64,000 nucleotides of DNA from an uncultured delta proteobacterium (GTDB lineage Bacteria; Desulfobacterota; Binatia; Binatales; Binataceae). Numbering within the stretch: position 1 is the first letter of the stretch; each line of letters opens with the position of its first letter. Shown here one piece after another: positions 21,787 to 31,435 of this stretch. The position numbers were made by a program, and so were the translations under genes. The stretch lies in assembly GCA_963808235.1 (NCBI GenBank), contig CAWEEQ010000003.1, positions 1 to 64,000 of the forward strand, written 5' to 3'. The notes beneath the pieces were generated by a model. The model had not been told where the DNA came from and did not search any database. It saw nothing but the letters and a program-made list of their open reading frames with translations.

Positions 21787-23336
21787 TTGCGTAACCTCGA
21801 AGTTTCGGTGGACAGCGGCGTCGTCGGCGCCGCGACGATTGGTCCGCCGGCATCGGCTTGACCATTGAGATTCTGCGTCGGCTGTTGCGCCGACTCGTCA
21901 CCAGTGGAATCAGCGCCCGACTCCGCCGCGTCGCGAACCGCGTCGCTAAGCGGTATCTCGAGTACGAACTCGGTGCCGACTCCGACCGTGCTGTGCACCT
22001 GGATAGTTCCACGATGCGAGTCGATCACTTTTTTTGCGACCCCAAGCCCAAGCCCGGTGCCGGTTTCCTTCGACGTATAGAATGGATTGAAAATCTTGCC
22101 GATCTTGTCGTCGGCAATTCCGCAGCCGTTGTCGCGAATCCTTACCGCCGCCATCCCGGCGCCGTTGTTCTGAATTGCGAACTCGAGTTTGCGCTCGCCC
22201 TTGGTCGATTCCATCGCGTCGATCGCATTGTCGATCATGTTCGAAAACACTTGCCTCAGCTTGTCGGCGTCGGCGCGAACCATCGGGCCGCTCAAATATG
22301 CGCGCGAGACGGCGACCGAGTTTGCCTCGAGCTTGCTGCGCATCTGGGTCAGCGCTCCGTCGAGCACCCAGGCCAGGTTCACGTTTGCGAATGCGTAGTC
22401 TTCTTCCTTCGCGTACTTGAGCAGATGCGACACGCTGCGCTCGACGCGCGCCAGTTCGTCGAGCGCGACCTTTGCGTACTCGACGTTTTCGTGAGAGGTC
22501 GGGTCCTCGCCCATCTGCTGCACCAGGCTCTTGGCCGCCGCGATTGGATTTCTGATTTCGTGCGCAAAGGTCGCCGTCAACTCATCGAGCGAGGCCTGCT
22601 TCTCGGTGCGCAGTTGTTCCTTTTCCTGCAATACCTCTCGTTTCACTTCGCGCTCTATTGCCGGCTCGAATACGCGCTGATGCACCCATCGCCATCCGTA
22701 CACCGCGGCGAAGTGGCTCGCGATTCCGAATCCCCATCCGAGCGCCGGCCATATGAACCATGGGTATCCGCCGAAGCCTCCGGTCAAAAGATTGATCACG
22801 AACAGGAAGCCGATGATGATTCCGTACCACATGAGATGGACGAAAAAGCCGGCCTCTGCGGTGGCGCGTTTGCGCGCGCGCTCGTAGCCCTGCCGCTCGG
22901 CGTCACTCTTGAACTGCGGCGGTGGCGGCAAATCCTGAGCGGGATCGAGATTGACGCCGCCGTATTTTTGCGTCTGACGATTGAACCGCGCGCGCATCTT
23001 GCGCTCGTACCGCGCGGACTTGGCTTCGAACTTCCGCGACATCCGTGATTCGAAATCGCGCTTGATCTTCGAGTGAAGATCGTTCGCGAACTGCTCCGCG
23101 TGCGTGCTCGCCGTCTTCTGCGCCGCCTCGCCCCACTTCGACCAATCGGTGTGCTTCGCCGCATCGGCCAACTTCGACCAGTCGCCACTCTTGGCTGCGT
23201 CGGTCCACTTCGTCCACTCGGCGTTCTTCCATTTCGAGTAGTCGCGATCGCCCCACTTCATCCAGCGGATTCGATTGCGCTTTCGATGTTGAACGACCGC
23301 GTAAATGATTAAAGCGATTATGAAGATGCCGAACAT
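21783..23336 (-). CDS. Sensor histidine kinase with N-terminal TM, Trp-rich repeats and 2TM-type membrane hairpin
   Basis: H-box FAHEIRNP, N-box NMIDNA, G1 DNGCGI, G2 GTGLGLG; YERARKR...FFVHL...[10 protein letters not shown] membrane hairpin; stop overlaps the regulator's TTG start. Confidence 0.92.
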   Translation of the reverse strand: MFGIFIIALIIYAVVQHRKRNRIRWMKWGDRDYSKWKNAEWTKWTDAAKSGDWSKLADAAKHTDWSKWGEAAQKTASTHAEQFANDLHSKIKRDFESRMSRKFEAKSARYERKMRARFNRQTQKYGGVNLDPAQDLPPPPQFKSDAERQGYERARKRATAEAGFFVHLMWYGIIIGFLFVINLLTGGFGGYPWFIWPALGWGFGIASHFAAVYGWRWVHQRVFEPAIEREVKREVLQEKEQLRTEKQASLDELTATFAHEIRNPIAAAKSLVQQMGEDPTSHENVEYAKVALDELARVERSVSHLLKYAKEEDYAFANVNLAWVLDGALTQMRSKLEANSVAVSRAYLSGPMVRADADKLRQVFSNMIDNAIDAMESTKGERKLEFAIQNNGAGMAAVRIRDNGCGIADDKIGKIFNPFYTSKETGTGLGLGVAKKVIDSHRGTIQVHSTVGVGTEFVLEIPLSDAVRDAAESGADSTGDESAQQPTQNLNGQADAGGPIVAAPTTPLSTETSRLRN

Positions 23337-23435
23337 CCTGCCTCACCTGGGGCCGGAAATGCCGGTCCGTATAATTGACTTAGCTCAGTGACCAGAGCGC
23401 TAACAATCTTGGTCATTTTCGTTTCCTACCTCTAG

Positions 23436-23452
23436 AGCAAGCACGATGCCGA
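23436..23452 (-). promoter_or_regulatory. Sigma54 (-24/-12) promoter of the kinase-regulator-pspA operon
   Basis: - strand TCGGCATCGTGCTTGCT has exact GG-N10-GC spacing and matches TGGCAC-N5-TTGCW; ~100 bp upstream of kinase start. Confidence 0.75.
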
Positions 23453-23659
23453 CCCAACTAAGACTGAAATCCCCAGCATTTGCCGGGACTATCCCGAGCC
23501 GAGCGGCTGGCATGCAGTCCGTCCGACGCAGTGTCTCGACTGCATATCTCCTCGCGGCTGCAAACCCTTTGCGGTAGCGCGGTACTGATCTAATTTGAAA
23601 TCGAACTCCGCCATATCGCGCCGCTCGAACTCGCACTCGTGCGCGCGGAAGGAGCGCGT

Positions 23660-24076
23660 ATGTTAAAGGGCAAAGGAATCGGAGAGGTCGTCGCACTAGG
23701 ATTCACCGCAGGCTTTATCGGCGCCGCGATCGTGGTGCTCACCGCGACGATTGTTTTCCATATCGGGATCGGCCCGGCGCTCGGAGTAGCGAAGCCGATA
23801 TCGCTCTCGCCGCCCTACGTATACCGGCCGCTCGTATGGGGCGGTTTCTGGGGCATCCCGCTCGCCTTCATCCTCAGGTCGCTGACAGCCCATCACAATA
23901 TCGTGGGCTTCCTTTATTTCCTCGCGCCCGTCGCGGCCCTGCTTCTCGTATTCCTGCCGATGGGCGGACAGGGACTCCTCGGCCTCAAAGGCGGTCCCGG
24001 CATTATGGTCTATGCCATCATCGTCAACGCGCCCTACGGAATCGCGACGACTCTGGCCATCGCAGCTCTTTCGTAG
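23660..24076 (+). CDS. Hypothetical 4-TM membrane protein
   Basis: AAGGAG RBS; YRPLVWGGFWG; hydrophobic segments. Confidence 0.7.
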   Translation: MLKGKGIGEVVALGFTAGFIGAAIVVLTATIVFHIGIGPALGVAKPISLSPPYVYRPLVWGGFWGIPLAFILRSLTAHHNIVGFLYFLAPVAALLLVFLPMGGQGLLGLKGGPGIMVYAIIVNAPYGIATTLAIAALS

Positions 24077-24200
24077 GCTTGTGTGCCATAGTTACAGATG
24101 ACCTACCGATCTTTTCCTATTCCAGTGGCAGGGGCGTCCCTGCCCGTGATACTGCCAAAGCCGACATCTCGTACTCTCAATCCGAGGCCGGACTCTACGC

Positions 24201-25028
24201 ATGCTGCAAATCCTGATCTACCTGATGTCGCTAGCCGTAGCAGCGGGATTCATCGGCGCAATCTCGGGACTCGGTGGCGGCGTCTTCATCGTGCCCGCAC
24301 TGGTGATCTTCGCGCACATGCCGATGCAGGTCGCGGTCGGCGCCAGCCTCATCTCGGTGGTCGCGACCAGCGCGGGCGCGAGCGTCGCGTTTGTACGCGA
24401 CGGATGGACAAATCTGAAAGTCGCGATGGTCCTCGAATGTGCGACGGTCACCGGCGCCGTCATCGGCGCCTATCTCGCCGGCGTCGTGCCCACGGTCGTG
24501 CTCGAGTTGCTCTTCGCCGCGATGATGCTCCAGTCGGCATACTTCACGATCACCAAGCGCGGCGACGACATTCTGACCAAGGGCGACCCGCTCGCGGAAC
24601 GCCTCGAACTCTCCGGCGAGATACCCGACGACACGGGCCATCCCGTGCACTATGAAGTTGTGAAAGTGCCGCAGGGTGGCGCGCTGATGGTAGTTGCGGG
24701 GTTGATGTCGGGCCTGCTCGGAATCGGCTCGGGCGCGCTCAAGGTGATGGCGATGGATTACATAATGCACGTGCCACTCAAAGTCTCGAGCGCGACCAGC
24801 AACTTCATGATTGGCGTCACCGCCGGCGCCGGCGCGCTGGTCTTCCTCGCGCGCGGCGATGTGGCGACGACCATCGCGTCGCCTGTCGCAATCGGGGTGA
24901 CTGCGGGAGCGCTCGCCGGCAGCCGCGTCCTGCCGCATCTCAAGGTCGAGTCGCTCAGAACCGTTTTCGTGATAATTCTCATCTTGATCGCGGCCGAGAT
25001 GGGATGGCGCGCGCTCACAGGAATCTGA
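24201..25028 (+). CDS. TauE/SafE-family (sulfite exporter-like) permease
   Basis: GLGGGVFIVP, AVGASL, SGLLGIGSG, SSATSNFMIGVT. Confidence 0.9.
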   Translation: MLQILIYLMSLAVAAGFIGAISGLGGGVFIVPALVIFAHMPMQVAVGASLISVVATSAGASVAFVRDGWTNLKVAMVLECATVTGAVIGAYLAGVVPTVVLELLFAAMMLQSAYFTITKRGDDILTKGDPLAERLELSGEIPDDTGHPVHYEVVKVPQGGALMVVAGLMSGLLGIGSGALKVMAMDYIMHVPLKVSSATSNFMIGVTAGAGALVFLARGDVATTIASPVAIGVTAGALAGSRVLPHLKVESLRTVFVIILILIAAEMGWRALTGI

Positions 25029-25031
25029 TCG

Positions 25032-25421
25032 ATGCCGAAAGAGGAAGAAAATAGAATTCTCCGCGTCTGGACGCCTTTTCTGCTGCGATCGATTTTGATC
25101 ACCGCAATGGTCGTGCTGATCGCCGGGCTCATTCTCACTTACACCTTCGCTCCAGACTATTACGTCGACCGCTACAACGCGGTCGCGCAAGGGCATTTGA
25201 TCGGAAAAGAGAAATTCGGGCTGTTCGCCGAGCGGATACGACACGGCAATCCGCACGCAGTGCTGACACTCGGGCTGTTCATTCTTACGTTGGTGCCGCT
25301 CGCGCGCGTCGCCTTTTGCTTCATCCTGTTTATCCGGGAACGCGACTACACTTATGTCGCGCTCACCGCATACGTGCTGGCGGGATTGATCGTCGGCGTG
25401 TTAGTCGGCAGCGTCGGTTAA
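25032..25421 (+). CDS. DUF1634-like membrane protein (usual TauE partner)
   Basis: LGLFILTLVPLARV...F.RERD..Y motif; 3 bp after TauE gene. Confidence 0.75.
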   Translation: MPKEEENRILRVWTPFLLRSILITAMVVLIAGLILTYTFAPDYYVDRYNAVAQGHLIGKEKFGLFAERIRHGNPHAVLTLGLFILTLVPLARVAFCFILFIRERDYTYVALTAYVLAGLIVGVLVGSVG

Positions 25422-25440
25422 TCGAGACGGAGGTTTGGAA

Positions 25441-26214
25441 ATGGATATCAAGGGAAAAGTCGGCGTCATTACCGGCGGCGCATCGGGAATCGGACGAGCA
25501 ACCTCGGAACGGCTCGCGAAAGAAGGCGCCGCGATCGTGGTCGCCGATCTCGACGAAGCCGGCGGACGCGAAACGATCAAGCGAATCGAAGGTGCAGGCG
25601 GACGTGCAGTCTTCGTGAAGGCCGACGTCACCCGCCTCGACGACGCGCGCCGGATGCTCGACACCGCAGTCTCAAAATTCGGCCGCCTCGACATCCTGCA
25701 CAACAACGCCGGAATCGGCGTCGGCGCTCCGGGCTTTCCCGACGCGCCGCCCGAGCGATGGCATCTGGTGATCGAAATCGATCTTCAAGCCGTGATCCTG
25801 GGCACCGGACTCGCCGCGCCGCTGATGCAAAAAAACGGCGGCGGCGTGATCATCAACACCGCCTCGATGGCCGGCCTCTACCCGCATCGCCAGGACGCAG
25901 TCTACGGCGCTGCCAAAGGCGGCGTCGTCAACTTCACCCACTCACTCGCAAGCTGGGAATCCGAGCGCAAGATCCGCGTCAACTGCATATGCCCCGGAAT
26001 CGTCGACACCCCGATGGTGCGCAGAGGACTGGAGCTGGCGAAGCAACATGGCATCCAGAGCTGGATGCCGTCGAGAATAATCCAGCCCGAAGAAATCGCC
26101 GACGCGGTGGTGAGCCTGGTCCGCGACGATTCGATGTTCGGCTGCTCGCTGGAAATCCGCCCAACCGGCCGTCAAATAGTAGACCCAAGACCCGCCCCCG
26201 GCGCGCGTAAATGA
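25441..26214 (+). CDS. Short-chain dehydrogenase/reductase
   Basis: TGGASGIG, NNAG, NTAS, YGAAK, VNCICPG. Confidence 0.92.
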   Translation: MDIKGKVGVITGGASGIGRATSERLAKEGAAIVVADLDEAGGRETIKRIEGAGGRAVFVKADVTRLDDARRMLDTAVSKFGRLDILHNNAGIGVGAPGFPDAPPERWHLVIEIDLQAVILGTGLAAPLMQKNGGGVIINTASMAGLYPHRQDAVYGAAKGGVVNFTHSLASWESERKIRVNCICPGIVDTPMVRRGLELAKQHGIQSWMPSRIIQPEEIADAVVSLVRDDSMFGCSLEIRPTGRQIVDPRPAPGARK

Positions 26215-26222
26215 GGCAGGAT

Positions 26223-26257
26223 TAAAACGCAGGGCGGTCGCATCGACCGCCTCCTGC
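26223..26257 (-). terminator. Intrinsic terminator between convergent SDR and LLM genes
   Basis: GCAGG-GCGGTCG-CAT-CGACCGC-CT-CCTGC stem; TTTTAA tail on the - strand. Confidence 0.6.
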
Positions 26258-26278
26258 ACGACCATTCTCAAACTTAGG

Positions 26279-27427
26279 TCAACGCGCGCCTGCGGCAGCT
26301 GCTGTCGCTGCGGCTTCCATCTGGTAGGTCTTTGCGCTGGGGCTCAATTTCGGCATCACGTGCTTGCCGATCAGATCGACCGTCTGCATCACCTTTTCGT
26401 GAGGCACCGCGCCGACCTGGACCAGCATCAGGAGAAGGTCCACGCCCGCCGATTCGTAAAACTTCGCGACTTTCAGACAGTCGTCCGGATCGCCGACCAT
26501 CACCGCGCCCTTCTCGATTCTCTTGTCGAGGTCCGCGAGCGACATCCGATAGTCGCCGAGCGCCACCGCCTGCTCCGCCATTTTCTTGTAGTACTCGTAA
26601 CCCTTCACTTCCTGCTTGGCGAACGGGGTGAATAGCTCCGCCGCCTTGCGGGTCGTGAAATCGATCGCATCCTTCGCGACGACCTTCGCTTCCTCGCGAG
26701 TCGGCGCACATACGCATATCGTCGCGGCCGCGACTTTGTCGTTTACGAATGCGCCGACCGGCTCGCAGGTGCTGATCGCTTTTTTGTAAACCGCGACCAG
26801 ATTGTCGAGCAGTCCGGGTTCCGCGATTCCGAAGCCGAGCGCGCCGATTCCTTTCTGACCCGCGATTTCCCAGGTCGCCGGCTGCGTCGCCGCGACCCAC
26901 ATCGGCGGATGCGGCTTCTGGATCGGCTTCGGAATCACCTCGCGCTCCGGCATCTTGAAGAACTTGCCGTCGTGGCTGAAGGTCTCCTGCATCCACATTT
27001 TCGGAATCGCCGCGACCGCCTCTTCCCACATCGCGCGCGAGTCTTCCGGATTCACCTGGAAGCCGCCGAGTTCCTGTTCGGTGATCGAGCGGCCACTTCC
27101 GAATTCGACCCGCCCGTTCGACATGATGTCGAGCACCGCGATTCGCTCCGCCACTCGCACCGGATGGTTGAATGGTATCGGCAGCAGGCAGATTCCATGC
27201 CCGAGCCGAATCCTGCTCGTCACCTGGCTGAGCGCGCCGTACCAGACTTCAGGCGCCGACGAATACGACCATTCGCTGAGAAAATGATGCTCGACGGTCC
27301 ACACCGAATGGTAGCCGAGCCGGTCCGCAAGCTTCACCTGCTCGGTTGCCTGATGGTAGATGTCGTACATGAAGCCCGGGTGATGCGGCCGGCTCCGCTG
27401 AAGTTCGTACTGCAACGCAAATTCCAT
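26279..27427 (-). CDS. Luciferase-like flavin-dependent monooxygenase (LLM)
   Basis: WTVEHHF, HPVRVAERIAVLDIMSNGRVEFGSGR, PKPIQKPHPPMW. Confidence 0.92.
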   Translation of the reverse strand: MEFALQYELQRSRPHHPGFMYDIYHQATEQVKLADRLGYHSVWTVEHHFLSEWSYSSAPEVWYGALSQVTSRIRLGHGICLLPIPFNHPVRVAERIAVLDIMSNGRVEFGSGRSITEQELGGFQVNPEDSRAMWEEAVAAIPKMWMQETFSHDGKFFKMPEREVIPKPIQKPHPPMWVAATQPATWEIAGQKGIGALGFGIAEPGLLDNLVAVYKKAISTCEPVGAFVNDKVAAATICVCAPTREEAKVVAKDAIDFTTRKAAELFTPFAKQEVKGYEYYKKMAEQAVALGDYRMSLADLDKRIEKGAVMVGDPDDCLKVAKFYESAGVDLLLMLVQVGAVPHEKVMQTVDLIGKHVMPKLSPSAKTYQMEAAATAAAAGAR

Positions 27428-27443
27428 CGACGAGTTCCTCCCC

Positions 27444-28592
27444 TCAGGCGTGAGCGGCGTCCGTCCGCACGGCGGGCTCCGCGGCGAAGATGCTGCCCGG
27501 GGTCTTCCACGAGTGAATCTCGGGCAGCACTTTCTCTCCGATAATTTCTATTGACCGCATGATCCGGTCGTGCGGAATACCACCGTACTGAAGAAAAAAG
27601 AGCACCTGGTCCGCGCCGATCTCGCGATAGCGGCGCGCAACCCGAAGCACCTGGTCTGCGCCGCCGACTGCGATCAGATCGCCGTCTTTCAGGAAGTGAT
27701 AATAGTCGCGTGTGATTTGCGCCGGATCGAACTTCGACGCGGTGGTCAGGTATTTGTACGACTCGTCGGTATGCTTGGCCTGTGCGACGCTTGAGACCAG
27801 TTCGAAGCCCTTGCGCACGTACCAGAGCACCGCTTCGCGCGCGATTTCTTCAGTCTCGCGCGGGTCGTCTCCGACCAGACCCATGATGTTCATCGAGACC
27901 TGGTTGTTAATCGTCTGCCCGACCGGGCGCGCGTGCCTGATTCCGTCACGGTAGATCTGGATTCGCTCCGCAACCTTGTCGAGCTCGACCCCAAGCGTGA
28001 AGCAGAGCACGCCGAGTCCGCGCTCCGCCGCGAGCCCGAAGGTCTGCGGATTGGTCGCCGCAACCCACATCGGCGGATGAGGTTTCTGGATTGGTTTGGG
28101 AATCACCGACACCGGCGGATCGACGGTCCAGTACTTGCCGTGCATCGAGAACGGATCTTCGCGCCACATCCGCGGGATCGCTTCGACCGCCTCGGCCCAT
28201 CGCGGCCGCGTGTCTTCCGGGCGCACTCCAAAGCCGAGCAGCTCGTCCATCGTGGTGGCGCGGCCGGTGCCGAACTCAACCCGTCCATTGGACATGATGT
28301 CGAGCACCGCGATCCGTTCCGCTACATGCACGGGATGGTTGAACGGCAACACCACGACCCCGTGTCCGACCCGTATTTGCCGCGTGCGCTGGGTCACGCA
28401 GGCGAGGAAAACTTCCGGCGCCGAGCAATACGAAAATTCGTTCAGGAAATGATGCTCGACGGTCCACACCGAATCGAAGCCGAGCCGATCCGCCAACTCG
28501 ATCTGCGCCATGGTCTCCCAGAAGACGCGATATTCGTGATCGGCGGCATGCGGTTTTACCGACTCGATTTCGTAGATGAGTCCTGCTTTCAT
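27444..28592 (-). CDS. Luciferase-like flavin-dependent monooxygenase (LLM)
   Basis: WTVEHHF, HPVHVAERIAVLDIMSNGRVEFGTGR, PKPIQKPHPPMW. Confidence 0.92.
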   Translation of the reverse strand: MKAGLIYEIESVKPHAADHEYRVFWETMAQIELADRLGFDSVWTVEHHFLNEFSYCSAPEVFLACVTQRTRQIRVGHGVVVLPFNHPVHVAERIAVLDIMSNGRVEFGTGRATTMDELLGFGVRPEDTRPRWAEAVEAIPRMWREDPFSMHGKYWTVDPPVSVIPKPIQKPHPPMWVAATNPQTFGLAAERGLGVLCFTLGVELDKVAERIQIYRDGIRHARPVGQTINNQVSMNIMGLVGDDPRETEEIAREAVLWYVRKGFELVSSVAQAKHTDESYKYLTTASKFDPAQITRDYYHFLKDGDLIAVGGADQVLRVARRYREIGADQVLFFLQYGGIPHDRIMRSIEIIGEKVLPEIHSWKTPGSIFAAEPAVRTDAAHA

Positions 28593-29236
28593 TTCGCGAC
28601 GCTCCACAGGCGAATAAACTCACGCGCCTGGCGGCGCAGCGAGTGGCGCAGATCGAACCGCGGCCCGTGCAGGTACCATAGCATCGCAAGTCCAAGATAG
28701 CTCGAAAAGATTTGCGTCGCCGCCCAGCCCGCTTCGAGTTCCGCGTCGAAAACGCCCAGCTTCTGCCCGCGCTCAACCAGTTCGCGAAAACTCGAGATGC
28801 CGTCGAGATTGGCCTTGCGCATCGAGCGCAGCACCTTGGGCCCAATCTTGTGCGACTCGAGCGCGATGATCAGCAGAAGCCTGCTCACCCACGGATTCTT
28901 TTCGTTGAGCGCCGCCATCGTATCGAACATTCTCAGAAACTCGGCGCGGTATTCTGCTGGGGTCGTCGCCTGCGCGGTTTTTTCAAAAGCGTGGTTCCAC
29001 TCACCGAGCACTTTGGCGACCACCGCGAGGAAGAACTCCTCCTTGTCGGTGAAATGCCAATAGAGCGCGCCTTTGGTGACGCCCGCCGCTCGCGCGATTC
29101 TCGCCAGCGAGGTGCCGCGATAGCCGTAGGACGCAAACAGATCCATCGCGGCGTTGATCAACACCTGGTCGAGCGATCCTCGTCGGCGAGTTGGCGGGGC
29201 TGCACGCGCCGCGGTTTTGCGAACTGGTGAAATCAT
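28589..29236 (-). CDS. TetR/AcrR-family regulator
   Basis: AAMDLFASYGYRGTSLARIARAAGVTKGALYWHF; stop overlaps LLM start. Confidence 0.9.
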   Translation of the reverse strand: MISPVRKTAARAAPPTRRRGSLDQVLINAAMDLFASYGYRGTSLARIARAAGVTKGALYWHFTDKEEFFLAVVAKVLGEWNHAFEKTAQATTPAEYRAEFLRMFDTMAALNEKNPWVSRLLLIIALESHKIGPKVLRSMRKANLDGISSFRELVERGQKLGVFDAELEAGWAATQIFSSYLGLAMLWYLHGPRFDLRHSLRRQAREFIRLWSVAK

Positions 29237-29375
29237 TGAACGACCGGTATGGTGAGGCACAACCGGCACGTACGTCAAGCGTGCGAAAGGCGAATCGCTA
29301 TGTGTGACGATACGCCCGCACGCCCGGTGCCGCGTGGGCACCCGGCACAATCCGCACGATCACGCGAGAGGCTCG

Positions 29376-29600
29376 TCAGTTGTTGCTGGAACTGCCGCCG
29401 TCCGGACCCTTCATGTTTCGCTCCAGGCACCAGCGATCAATCACCTCGGCGTTGAAACGCCAGTCGGTGCCGATTCTGAAGCCCGGCAGCTCGCCACGAC
29501 GCAGCAGCTTGTAGATCGTTGAAGGATGAACCCGAAGATATTCCGACAGTTCTTTGACTGTCATCACGCGCGGTAAACTATATTTGCTTTCAGTAGCCAT
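29376..29600 (-). CDS. HTH_17 (excisionase-like) DNA-binding protein; start may be 29663
   Basis: MTVKELSEYLRVHPSTIYKL...LPGFRIGTDWRF. Confidence 0.85.
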   Translation of the reverse strand: MATESKYSLPRVMTVKELSEYLRVHPSTIYKLLRRGELPGFRIGTDWRFNAEVIDRWCLERNMKGPDGGSSSNN

Positions 29601-29873
29601 GCTGTCTCCAAGTAGTGCCGCCCCTTGCCGCTTACTTCCAAGATTTGATGCTTTTTTTCGCATCGCTAGGTTGAACCAACCGCTCCCTTACGCCCACCAT
29701 GAGTCTCTTAGAAATTCTCAAAACCGACGTTGGCGGTCAAGAGGTGTCTAAGAGGATTTTTGATAATTTTCGCCCTATTATCCACTTTGATGGCGCAAAG
29801 ACTGAAGATTATGCCGACTTTGACGCGAAATGGCCACTCGCAATTCAGCCCCGGCCGCGAATGGAGTCGAGAT

Positions 29874-30422
29874 ATGAGCGGTGATTTATCAAGCTGCCTC
29901 TGGAAGTTAGCCGGATTAATCGTCCTTTCTGCCGTGTTACAAGGAGTTGCGCTCGCCCAGGCAGGCATGGTTCTGAGCAGTCCCGTGATGGCTCCGGGAG
30001 CGGCAATCGCAAGTGAGTTCGCATGCACGGGGCCGGATCGATCGCCTTCGCTCGCATGGAGCGGCGCGCCGAAGTCGACGGTGACGTTCGTGTTGATCGT
30101 CGAAGATCCCGACGCGCCGGGCGGCACCTTCACTCATTGGGTCGCGTACAATATTCCCGCTACCCGAACGTCGCTTCCGGCGGGAGTGCCGCAGGACGCG
30201 GAAATCCCGGGTGGCGGCAAAAATGGAATGAATAGTTTCGGTCATTTGGGTTACAATGGACCGTGTCCGCCGCCGGGCAAGACTCATCACTATCGGTTTC
30301 ATCTCTTCGCGCTGGATTCTGCGTTGAGCGTCGTTGAGAAAGCGGAAGCGGCAACGATTGAATCGGCGATCAAGGGACACGTCGCCGCGGATGCGGAACT
30401 TACCGGAACCTTTGAACGTTAG
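29874..30422 (+). CDS. YbhB/YbcL (PEBP/Raf-kinase-inhibitor-like) protein; start uncertain
   Basis: SPSLAWS, EDPDAPGGTFTHW, GYNGPCPPPG, HHYRF. Confidence 0.88.
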   Translation: MSGDLSSCLWKLAGLIVLSAVLQGVALAQAGMVLSSPVMAPGAAIASEFACTGPDRSPSLAWSGAPKSTVTFVLIVEDPDAPGGTFTHWVAYNIPATRTSLPAGVPQDAEIPGGGKNGMNSFGHLGYNGPCPPPGKTHHYRFHLFALDSALSVVEKAEAATIESAIKGHVAADAELTGTFER

Positions 30423-30447
30423 CGACTAGCAATCGGGAACCAACCAA

Positions 30448-31045
30448 ATGGGAAAAGCGCTCAAGATATTGGTCGGACTCGCGATCGTGGCGATCGTCGT
30501 CTATGCCGGATTTCGTTACTACCAATCGCGGCGCGCGCTAAAGGCCGGCCTGCTCACCGAAAATATCACCCACGACGGCGACCTGTGGAAGGCGGATTTC
30601 ACGGCGCGGGTTCCGGCGTCCGAGCAGACCGTCTTCAACGCGATTCGCGACATCGAAAAAACCCATAGCGACCAGGTCAAGGCGGTGCGAATCGTGTCCC
30701 AGGCAGGAAACAAAAAAACTGTGGATATGGATATCGTCGGCCTGGGCGGACAAACGATCACCACTGAAGTCGAATTCGAATACCTTCCCGACGACAAGAA
30801 GATCGTCTATCACACGCTGAATAACCCGCTCCTGGACACCCATGCCGCGTACCAGCTCGGCGACGAAGGCTCGAGCACGTTCATCGATTACCATGAAACC
30901 ACGCATCTGTTGCAGTCGGTCCCGGTGCCGGACGGCGTGATCAAACAGATAATTCGCGGCGTATTTATCGCGCAGCTCGAAGGGCTTGAAGCATGCGCTC
31001 AATATCAAGACTGCCGAGGACACCTCGAGCGATGACGAACCCTGA
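30448..31045 (+). CDS. SRPBCC/START-like membrane-anchored protein; probable frameshift near 30986
   Basis: N-terminal TM, Bet v1-like pattern; called ORF ends 31035 but the shifted frame gives a more natural LKHALNIKTAEDTSSDDEP* ending 31045. Confidence 0.55.
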
Positions 31046-31068
31046 CGCCCGCGGCCTGAAGAATTGCG

Positions 31069-31425
31069 ATGGATGAAATCGACGCGCACTTTTCCAAAGG
31101 CGTCGAGCTGTTTAATCGCGGCGAGTTCTTCGAAGCGCACGAAGAGATGGAAGAGGCGATGAATCTGCTCGAGCACGATACCAGCGACTGGGAATTCTAC
31201 CTCGGCCTGCTGCGGGCCGCGGTCGCGAATCACAAACTCGGTCAGGGCGAGCGATCGAGCGCGCGATTGCATCTGCGCGCTGCGCTGAAATTTCTCGAGA
31301 CCTACCCGGACCGCCATCGCGGAATCAAACTGCGCGAGTTTCGCAGCGCGCTCAGCGCGGAACTCGCACGCGTGGAAGGCTCCACGAGCGACGTCACTCC
31401 ACCGCGAATCGAGATGGCGCTGTAG
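31069..31425 (+). CDS. DUF309-family protein
   Basis: GVELFNRGEFFEAHE, FYLGLL..AVA.H. Confidence 0.85.
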   Translation: MDEIDAHFSKGVELFNRGEFFEAHEEMEEAMNLLEHDTSDWEFYLGLLRAAVANHKLGQGERSSARLHLRAALKFLETYPDRHRGIKLREFRSALSAELARVEGSTSDVTPPRIEMAL

Positions 31426-31435
31426 CTTCGCAGCG

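Noticed and set aside
19765-21861. 698-aa + strand ORF and many similar long overlapping ORFs
   Set aside because: Antisense to well-supported genes; expected in high-GC DNA; no recognisable motifs
26279-28592. Bioluminescence (luxAB) locus
   Set aside because: No luxC/D/E/G genes; sequences fit generic LLM oxidoreductases
29376-29663. Prophage or ICE excisionase
   Set aside because: No integrase, tRNA, att site or phage genes nearby; stand-alone HTH_17 regulators are common
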